Assembly (NCBI GenBank): GCA_002269645.1
Contig: NIVC01000629.1
Span: 124,001 to 188,000 of the forward strand
Direction of reading: 5' to 3'
DNA from: Macrostomum lignano
Taxonomy: Eukaryota
DNA: 64,000 bases
In this document: positions 35,404 to 45,180 of the stretch, piece by piece
Layout of the letters: each line of letters opens with the position of its first letter
Position numbering within the stretch: the stretch's first letter is position 1
Notes under the pieces: model-generated
What the model was told of the DNA's origin: nothing
The model's database searches: none
What the model saw: the letters and a program-made list of their open reading frames with translations, nothing else
Position numbers and translations under genes: made by a program

Positions 35404-35732
35404 GAGTTACGATATTTGTAAAATTATTAAGGTATTTGAAAGAGTGTTTTTTTGTAAAAAGATGTAGTATTACTAGATGACAATTTTTTTCAATGGGGTG
35501 GCTGACTAAGGGCTAAGGCAAGGAGTGAATGGGTGAGTGAGTCATCATTTAGAATGATGCACATGTCTATGTCCATTTTAAAATTGGTTTTAACATTGGT
35601 AAAAACTGATCAGTGAAAGTTAGGGCCTATGTTCATCTGGATTGACTAGAAGTCCTAAAAAGCAAGGTAGGCCTACCAAAAAGTGTAGATCCCTTCTGTG
35701 GAACTCTAGTGTGCATTAAACTAAATTAGAGT

Positions 35733-37643
35733 GGCATTCTTTCGGATGATGATCATTCCGTTTCTTACAAGTTTTGGTTGACGATCACCTATGAAAATGG
35801 TATACTATGCTGTAGAAATCATGGAAAAATGGCAACTATATAATTAGTTTCGGAAGGCAATCATTTCAATATAAGTTTTGAATAGAAAGGATCGCGATCC
35901 GAAACTACAGAAAAACAGAGAAACTTTCCAATTTAAAACCAGCAACATCAATAGCATTATTTCTGTCATGGACGTGTATATAATCAGTTTCGGAATGCGA
36001 TCATTTCAATGATACTTTTGAATACAAATGATCGTGATCCAAAACTACAGCTTTTCTTTCTCATATTTCAGTAGCACTCACTATGGCATGCTCAAAACCT
36101 GCCAAAGAACAGAAAATTGAAGGTGCCGGCTCGTTTGTTGATTTGAAGCCACTGGAGCATATCGAGGAACTGGTGTGTCCCATGTCATGGCGCTTTATTA
36201 CAGCTGAAAACTGGATTGGCCTTCTTCAAAGAGAAGGACTGCTTCCGGAAACCATGCCCTGCCCTATTTGTGCATCGTCAATGAACATTGTCAAGGCCCA
36301 TAATTCGACAGACGGCGTCGTGTTCCGGTGCAAGAAGGGAGCTGGTTCGCCATTTGGAGCACATGAAAAAAGAGTCTCCATTAGAAGGGGAACTTTTTTT
36401 CGAGAATTCTAAACTGAATCCAATGGACATCATTGGGTACTGCATTGGTTATCTTCTGAACACTCCGCAAAGGTAAGCCATGTACTTTCGGTTGATGATC
36501 ATTACAATGTACAAATTACATTAAGAATGATTGCCTTCCGAAACTGAGGGGGGTGCATCCATATTATAACCCACAGTTCACTGCGCGCTATGTACGGCAT
36601 TGAAGCGGAGGCAGCCGTGCAACGGGGCCACTTCATTCGAGATGTAATGTGTGAATGGTTCAAGACACGTCGAGATACGATCTTTCTTGGTGGTGTTGGA
36701 CACATTGTTGAAATAGATGAGTCCCTCTTTGGCCGAAAGATGAAATATAACCAAGGTGCGAAACTGGGCCAACAAATTTAGATTTTTGGCATGACAGACA
36801 GACACGATGGCCGTACTGTCATTTGGCCTATTGAAAACAGATCAAAAGAAACTCTTCTACCTTTAATTGAGAAGTTCATTCTCCCCGGAATGACTGTATT
36901 CAGCGACGGCTGGTCTGCTTACCTTGACTTGGAACACATGGGTTACAGTCACTGGGTTGTCTGCCACAAAGAGCACTTTAAGACGACTATTGAACGAAAT
37001 GGCGAGAAGAAAGACGTACACACGAATCGCATTTTAAGGGCTTTTGGGGTACTGCAAAAGCCAAATTTAAGAATATGCGTGGAACTAGCGCACTACACTT
37101 CGCTTCATACCTAGTCGAGCTAATGTACCGCTCCCACCGTAACAAAGAAATGAAACAGTTCGTCCATGAGTTCTTCCAGGACTTAAAGCACGTCTACCCC
37201 TTGGATGGTGCTCCACGGGTTTTGGATGAGTGCCTCTTTGGCCTCAACTTTGAACTTCTGTCTGTTGAATGAAATGATTACTGCTCCTAAGACAATAAAA
37301 ACTCTGTACTTTCGGAACGCGATCATTTCAGGGCTACCTTCATATTAAAATGATCGTCTTCCAAAACTGACTTACATTCACTAGATGTTAAACTTTGAGA
37401 CACTAATTTTTTTCTAGAATTTCCAAGCTATAGTTTCGGAAGACGATCATTCCATCCAAAATTGATTTAATACACGTGGCGGTTACTACGAAATACACGA
37501 TTCATGACTGATAGCCCCAATGTTGGGTTTTTTAATTTCTGGACAATTTGTTTGACTCGCTTTCTTACTTTCAATTTCAATTACCCAGAACTTTTACATT
37601 GGTGATCGTCACTTTTCAGGTGATCGTCATCCGAAAGAATGCC
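35733..37643 (+). mobile_element. Full-length Merlin (IS1595/ISXO2-like) DNA transposon, 1,911 bp
   Basis: 23-bp TIR GGCATTCTTTCGGATGA(T/C)GATCA and a perfect 8-bp TSD ATTAGAGT (35725-35732, 37644-37651). Palindromic subterminal repeats TTCGGAA..GATCATT. Confidence 0.93.
36083..37272 (+). pseudogene. Merlin transposase pseudogene with one intron (36473-36576)
   Basis: Zn-ribbon CPIC...FRC, then catalytic VEIDES, SDGW and HTNRI(E). Lesions: an extra T in the T7 run at 36394-36400, a TAG stop at 36779-36781 (expected Trp) and a frameshift near 37032-37040. AG|GTAAG...CCACAG|T joins in frame. Confidence 0.9.
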
Positions 37644-39106
37644 ATTAGAGTTTTGTATGCATATGTATCTGAAGATAAAGTTAATATAAAAAGCTAGGGC
37701 CTGCCCTATTTTTCTGACAAAGCAAAAAAGGCATGTATGTAACTTGTAAAAATAGTCAATATCAATACCATTATTAGAATTAGGCTATACAAATAACAAT
37801 GATAAACCATGTCATGATATTGATAGGGCCTAATCTAAAATCATGCTAACCTGGTGAAAATGCGATTGCTTATTCGGCTATTCCTAGTTAAACCACTCTG
37901 TAGACTTAGAGATTTTGAATGAACTAGCAGGTCCAATAATTATTGTAAGTTTAACAGTGTGTACACAAAGAAATAATTTCAATTTTAAAATAGACAATCA
38001 GTTGTGACCATGCATATAAAAAATATGAATAAAAGTAACACAAAAAATGTATATACATTTACAATTGGTTTTTCTTACACTCTTTACAGTATTTTTTTAA
38101 AGAAATTTTGTAGCTATAGATATACCATTTATTTTAACTCTTGAATCATGTAAAACGACTTAAAACGACGGGTCTCCCTAAAACACGCACCGCCCCGCCC
38201 CACAGCGCTACACGTTAAAACAAATTGGACTATAACTGAAGACATTTCAAAATGCGTTTTATGTTAAGCTTTAAGCTTTTATTTAACTTAGTTTTTTTAA
38301 TTTAAAATATTAAATTCCGTGTATAATAAGTGATATTAATAATAATATTAATGAAATAATAATAATTTAATTTAATAATGCAAACGAGAATATGAAAAAT
38401 AATAATAATATTTAAGGTAATAATTAAAGTTAATTATTATGTTACTCTTACAACCAATAGTTTTCTTTGCAATCGAAATACTTAAGCAGTTGATCATGTT
38501 GATTCAATGACACTGGGCCTTTTCAATTTTCATATTGCTTGTTCTGGTTCCAGAACCAGAACCAATTTGTGAAGTATAACTTTTTGTCTCCAAAGGCCTA
38601 ACTAGAGGGAGATAGGCCTACGTGCTATAAAGTTTTTATTATTGAATGACAATCGCCAAGAAGAAAGTGAAAAATTGTGCTAAGAGAGGTTGTTAACGGG
38701 CCAGGGCAAGGCAGTCAAACATTCAACAGAATTAAATATTTATACTGCTGTTTTTCTTGGAAGATCCGATCCGATTCTGATTCTGGAATTGGTAGGGGGC
38801 CTAATATGAAATATGAAAAGCCCCACTGAATAAGCAAACGAAAACCGATTTGTCTAGACTGTAAGAATGCATGCGACCCATAGGCCATATAAAAATTATA
38901 CAGTCAACTGAGCGAGTCAAGGACTTAGGATGGTTCACCCTTAGGTAGGACTACTCAGTCTACTCTACTTGAGTTGATTAGTCCTTGTATTGTATACAGT
39001 GTAGTATATTGAATAGGCCTATTTGCTCAGGCCTGTAATTGTAAAATAAGTGATAGGCCAACACTAGTTCCTAGTCATTGTATTCAAAGACAATAATATA
39101 GATTAT

Positions 39107-40794
39107 GGGTTATTCCATGATAGGGTCATCAAAGGTATAGAAATTTTTTAAAAAATTATTTGCAAATGTGAATGTTTCATTTTGCATATAATTATATGTA
39201 GTTTCATTTTTATGTAGTTTCATACACATTTATCTACCTCTAGGTATATATATATTGTTTTGATCATGGTACCCTTGCAAGATTTTAAATGTCCCGTGGG
39301 ACATTATAAAAAGTTTAATCTAGTTTTCAATAAGAAAAAACTTAATAAACATAATGCATCAAGTGCATAAATAATAAAAATCTTTCTTTCTTATATCTAA
39401 AGACTGAAATTATAAAGTTTTATGATCTAATATAGTTCTATCTATCATAATTTTTTTATTTTAAAAAGTTTGACTTCCCTTTTTTAAGTGTTAAAAACGA
39501 CCATCATTTTTTTTACAAAAAGTTGTTCTACTAATTTTCAAGAGGTTTATAAGTTGATAATTTTTTGCTAAAATATTTTCTGAGCCTATATTTAAGTTTA
39601 TAGTCATTTTTGTTAGTTTATGATAAGTGTAACATGCTGAAAAAACCCTGCAAAGTTACTTAACGACCATCATTTTCTGGAATTCTGAAATCTGTTGATC
39701 TTCATAAAACCTGAATTACTATCATTTATTCCTAAATTTTATACAAAAAAACTGAATTTACTGATATTCTAAAATCATGTCCTTTTTTAAATGTGAATTT
39801 CTTATTCAATTTCTCTTTCAAAGTTTTTACAGTTTTGATTGTAAAGAAAAATATAGTGGAATTCAAGTCTTTTATTAAAAAGTATATTGTCAATTACTTG
39901 TTTGATACCTTAAAATCATTTTCAACCTGCACTATTAAAAAGGTTGTTCCAATTACTAACAATGCACCTAGAACTCTCTACTTTAGTTTGCAATGCACCT
40001 TAACACATGCCCCAATCTTCAGCATAAGTAGTCTAACTAGACTCAAGTTTTTACTATCCATTGGTGCTACTGCTTATTGCCTAACAAATAATCTGTATTT
40101 GCCTTTGGTTTTGTTAATTGTTATATTCTATTCTTTGAATTCCTGAATAGATTAGGACTGTCCATCTTTATGATCATATGTTGAGTTGTGCAATCATGAA
40201 GTGATGTTTTTGTTGAAGGTGCATAAGTACATTTGATCTGAAATGTGAAACAGGTATAATAAATTTTATGGTTAGACAAGCAAGTTATAGTTTTTATATG
40301 AACAACTATGGATTATAAACAATCTTTTAACTGAAATCATATCTAAAAATAGATAATCCTAATACACTTTTTAAAACTGAAGGTCATTTTTTTGAAACAA
40401 ACGACCGTCAGTCAACGATCGTCATTTAAGAAAAAATGTGCAACACAGTTAAAGTTATCTACTAAAATGTAATAATTGTTTGTAACCATTCATCTAGCTA
40501 TTGTTTACTACAATTAATGATCAATTGAGACAAAAACTTGCCTGATTCGCAGGAATCTTAAACTTAAGTTATAAAGTTGGATACATAAACTTTCACCAAA
40601 AACGACCGTCATCGAAAGTTTCTCTCTGCTAAATCAACACAGTAAGACAAATGACTTTAAAATGTATCTTATCTCAATCTAGAGGTCACGCCCATAAATA
40701 TAGAACTCACAAAGTCTCAATTTAGTTTGTCTTTTGTATGATTACTGATTATTATTTGCTCCAACCCAATGACCGTCATCTCGTGGAATTACCC
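39107..40794. mobile_element. Decayed DNA transposon with GGG...CCC termini and 4-bp TSD (Sola2-like)
   Basis: 14-bp TIR GGGT(T/A)ATTCCA(T/C)GA and TSD TTAT (39103-39106, 40795-40798). The internal motif AACGACC(G/A)TCA is repeated many times. Confidence 0.55.
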
Positions 40795-41206
40795 TTATAC
40801 TTTTTTACAAGTCATGTCATATACTATACTATACTAAGCTTAGGGCCTACTAATAATGAATAAATGAAGCTAGGCCTGTCTACCTAGGCTTTATTCTAAC
40901 AATTAGAAACAAAAATATAATTATAAATAGAACTAATAGGTGATAGCTCATGTATTTTAAAAAAATCCTAGATTTTACCAATCTCACAAAAATAGGACTA
41001 TTAGGAGAACATTGTCAAAACAATATTGCAATAGGCTTAATAAATGAACTTTTTTTACAACATATAGTAAAAAAATGACCTTTTTACATGTGACAATATA
41101 GGACTATGAGATCGGACCCTTTATTACATTACAACACTTAATTCTTTTGACATAGCTTATACCAATAGCTATGTACCTACATTAGGCCTATAATCTATAT
41201 GCCAGC

Positions 41207-41801
41207 TGTTGTACTTTGAGGGAGTGTGGCCAAATGAATACAATGCAAGAAGCAATTGCAGGGTAGAAATGTCACAAAGGCTTAAAAGGCCGGTGCACAC
41301 TTATATTATAGTTAAAATACTAATCAGTATGATTCAGCAAACATCAAACCACACAACTTGAACTTGTAGCGGTTGCTGATTGTGCTATGCGATTGACCAA
41401 AGATCATTTTCAGTATAGCCACCAGCTTGTCAAATGTATCAACGCTCATTGTGGGTAGATTCCTTAGCGCATAGACTCTCTGGCCTTCCCTGCCTAGTAG
41501 ATGAACAAAAATCCCCTTTTTGCGTGCATCCAATGCTTCATTTAGGTCCAAGGCCTCCAGATAAATCTTGAATCTTTCAATCCAACAGTTCCAAGGCATA
41601 TGTGGCTATCCTAAGTGGGCAAGAAACACGCGTGGCTCGGGAATGCTCAGACTCGTTGCCATGTTGTACTTTGAGGCAGCGTGGCCAAATGAATACAATG
41701 CAAAAAGCGATTGCAGGGTAGAAAAGTCACAAAGGCTTGAAAGGCTGGTGCGCACTTATATTATAGTTAAACTATTAACCAGCATGATTCAGCAGACATC
41801 A
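41207..41801 (-). mobile_element. Miniature Ty3/Gypsy-derived LTR element (TRIM-like), 595 bp
   Basis: Two 140-bp direct repeats TGTTGTA...ACATCA (41207-41346, 41662-41801). PBS-like TGGCAACGAG lies directly inside the 5' LTR (41661-41652). Gag N-terminal fragment WNCWIERFKIYLEA...RKKGIFVHLLGREG...RYKF. Confidence 0.75.
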
Positions 41802-42304
41802 AACCCTCCACTCGGCCTAGGCCAGTCTGGGTAGACAGACAAGCCCCCAAGCCAATCAGAATGCAAGAACCCTAACTGACGTATAAGCAGCATACACAAC
41901 ACCAGCTCTATGGCACAATTTTTTAGCAGATTGTTCTTTATGCTAGATACTTTATGCCAACTATTTTTTTCATATCCATTATAGTTTACTATATATACAC
42001 CTTAATTTTTTGGCATATATAATTATAAGATTAGAGAATGGCCTGTCAATGGAATTTTTTTCTAGGCCTATTTCCAACTATTTTTTTATTAGAGCCAGGG
42101 GGTTATGTGCACATTCCGCCCATTTCGCCTATTCCGCTAACTCCCCTGAGTAGGCATAAAAGTGTGCAGATATGTACGCAGGCATACACCCATACAGGAG
42201 TGTACAGTGGCCTTAACTTTATTTTATCATTAGGCATATACACTTCATTGTGCCTTGGGGGGTTAGCTCTCAAGGCTGTTAATTGCACACAAGCCAAGAT
42301 TCTA

Positions 42305-42390
42305 ATTCAGCCCCAAATTAATATGACTGCACTTGGAATCAAGCCTAGGTCACTGGTATACCAGAGCCTGGGCTAGACCATAGGGCTTTA
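42305..42390 (-). mobile_element. Decayed tRNA-derived SINE head
   Basis: Minus strand GCCCTATGGTCTAGC (box A-like) and GGCTTGATTCC (box B with CpG lost). Confidence 0.4.
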
Positions 42391-42628
42391 TTTCTATTTG
42401 TTGGCTATATAAAAAAATATAATATAAAATACAAGTGAGTATACATATCACAAGTTACTTTTTTATAAAAAGTACAAAAGTATTTATTTTTATACCTTTT
42501 TATATTGAACTTGTGCTACTAATATATTTAGACTGGGAATGACAATATCCATATAGCTAAATTTAAAAAGACCTATCCCAAATTGCTTGAGTAGGCCTAA
42601 AAAGAATTTTGTTACATACATATATAAT

Positions 42629-42768
42629 CTTGGGAATCACTTAGCCATTTCTATTGGCAACATATACATGTAAGTTGCTATTAGCCAAGAGCAGTCATGT
42701 GACTATTATTCTGTCCAATAGTGACTTACATGTGTGTTGCCAATAGAAATGGCCAGGTGAATCCCTAG
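42629..42768. mobile_element. Hairpin MITE-like inverted repeat
   Basis: GCCATTTCTATTGGCAACA..CATGTAAGT is inverted over ~55 bp, with a short spacer. Confidence 0.6.
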
Positions 42769-42826
42769 GTTGCACCCAAGCATGTTTTGTTACAAGCATA
42801 AGTTATTCTTATTCTATATAAGTCAG

Positions 42827-43123
42827 CATACATGCGCAACCTCCAAAATTCGGTCGGCCGTGCGACTTAGTTTTAACAAAAATGCGACGTAGTTTTTGGC
42901 CAAAAATGCGACTTACATGTAAAAAACCCTAAAGCAAAATTAACGCAACTTTGGGTAAACGGCAGGAGTAACTATGACTGTTTTATTAAGCCAAAATGCC
43001 TCGTCAGCTACTTAGTACTACTACTTGGGTATTTTTTTAGGTGGACATTTTTGCGACTTTCTTGGTTGGCTGCCAAATCAGTCGGCCGGATTGGCCGACT
43101 CGGCCGACTGTTGCGCACGTATG
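42827..43123. mobile_element. Young hAT-type MITE, 297 bp
   Basis: 14-bp TIR CATAC(A/G)TGCGCAAC and a perfect 8-bp TSD TAAGTCAG (42819-42826, 43124-43131). It retains CpGs. Confidence 0.85.
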
Positions 43124-43751
43124 TAAGTCAGTGTTTGTTACATAAATGATTCTAGTAAACTTTTAAATCATTTTTTTATATTTTCACTTAATCTTAAAAA
43201 TCTCTTTTGTGTATGTAAATATACTTTACTTTAAATTATTGATCAATTTTTTTCATGTACTTTTTAAGACTATCATCTGGGTTTTTGGGCCATATGGGTT
43301 TTTTTGTCCCCTTGAAAATATTAATAGCAACTGGATTTTTTGCATCAAAGACAAATCTGGCAACTTCATTTTCCCCGTGCTAGTTGCCAATTTCAAAAAA
43401 TGATTTTGTAATGTAATAAAAGTACTTATAAATCAATATGATGGAATTATTAGTTTGTTATTGTTTGTAGTATAGAAAGCAATATTAGAGTTAAGAGAAC
43501 AAATTTCTGCTTTTTAAGTATAGCTTTAGAAATATCTATCCATTCTATCTTTGAAAATCCTTGACGTTATTTGGCTAGTTGCCAATAATAGGCAACCAAA
43601 AATAAACATTGGCAACTGGATTTGAGCCCCAAGGGCCAGCTGACAACTGGATTTCCAACCTTAAAAAACTCAAACTAGGCCTATCATCATTTTATCTAAA
43701 AACTGTAATAGTTTTTTAATAATATTTTTGATATGACTTGTTTACTTCTTA

Positions 43752-43882
43752 TTTTTTGTGTCTAGTATGCCATTTTTAGCTTTTTTATTTCTTAAACTAT
43801 TAATTTATTATTAGTTATTTATTAAAGTATTATTAATAGTTTAGAAATAAAAAAGCTAAAAATGGCATACTGGACACAAAAA
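43752..43882. repeat. Long AT-rich inverted repeat (foldback/MITE-like)
   Basis: TTTTTTGTGTCTAGTATGCCATTTTTTAGCTTTTTTATTTC..AAACTATTAAT is inverted, with a ~25-nt spacer. Confidence 0.65.
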
Positions 43883-45180
43883 ATTATAAGTAAAAAGTCA
43901 TATAGTAAAAAGAATAGAATAGCTGAAATAGTGAAAACCTTTGCAAGAAAGCCTAAATGTCTGTTTTATGCATAAAATATATGGGAAAACCATAGGAATA
44001 AAAACACTTATGCCATTTTTTATAGTATATAATTATTTCCTTTTTCTTTGTAATAGAAATATTTTATCATATTAGAAGTTTTCCTAACTACTAACTAATT
44101 TCCTAACTCAAAAGAGCAACAAAGTTAACCTATTAAAGAATAAAAACATTAAAAATTTCATAAATATTTTGTGTTTTACAATAAAAGATTAGTTAGATAA
44201 AAAGCATATTATCTTGTCTGTGTATTTTATAATGACTTCATTATAAATGCTAGAACTTGGTAATTTTTTTTCATTTTTTAGAATACAAAAGCATCTATTT
44301 TTTTCTTCAATGTTTTTTAAAAGCTATTTTTTATAAGAGATTATTAGCATCCCAATGAAATTCCAAGGAAAACGGATAATTTTTTTTGAATAAGGTTTTT
44401 CTCTATGACAAAGTATTTTTTCTCTTCTTTTTAGTTCCTAGTTGCTTTTTATTCAATGTAATTGTATTGCAAAATTATTTATTTGTAAAAAAACTCCTTT
44501 TCAAAGTTTGCCTTATATGTATATTGACAAGTCATAGGACCCTTACCAAAGTCCCTATCATATGTAAAGATTCAATAAAAACATGACTTTTGTTCACAGA
44601 TACTAGATTAACTAGATGAGACACTAAGCACATTTTGTGCTAGCTATTTTTAGTTTAGTAGTGAGTTAAACTGAAACATTTTAATATTAAAGACAATGCT
44701 TATTATAATAAAAATGCTTATAATAATATGCTTTATAATAATGCTTACTATTATAAAGCATTGTCTTGTGCTTAAAGACAAAGGCTATGGCTCTTGCCAT
44801 TAGCTTAAACCCTTCAAACTCTATATAGAACCTCTGCCCCTACTCTGCCACCCAATTTTTATTATCTCCCTTAGCTATTTTAGCCTAAATCTGCCTTGTC
44901 AATGGCTAATGTACTGTACATTGTAGCTGAACCAATTGGCAAGCTTTTTTCGTCATTAAAACAAATTTGAAAGTCATATACTTCACCTTATTATGTCAAG
45001 TTTTGCATCCACATATTTGATGATAATTGTTGACAAGAAAGATTAATTACCCTGAATATCTCCAATCCCAAAAATTTTATTCCTGGTTGTGCTCTATCAA
45101 TCTGGGGTTTTTGTAAAATCCTAGCACTCCTAACCAAGCAAGATAGGCTTATTATATAATCTGAATGCTAATGATTTCAG

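Noticed and set aside
39793-40146. 117-aa AT-rich ORF inside the Sola2-like element
   Set aside because: No recognisable transposase motif; composition fits a random ORF in decayed DNA.
45051-45101. Minus-strand IDRAQPGIKFLGLEIFR between AG and GT, faintly like a TrmB motif
   Set aside because: It is only 17 aa with no supporting upstream or downstream exons; likely chance.
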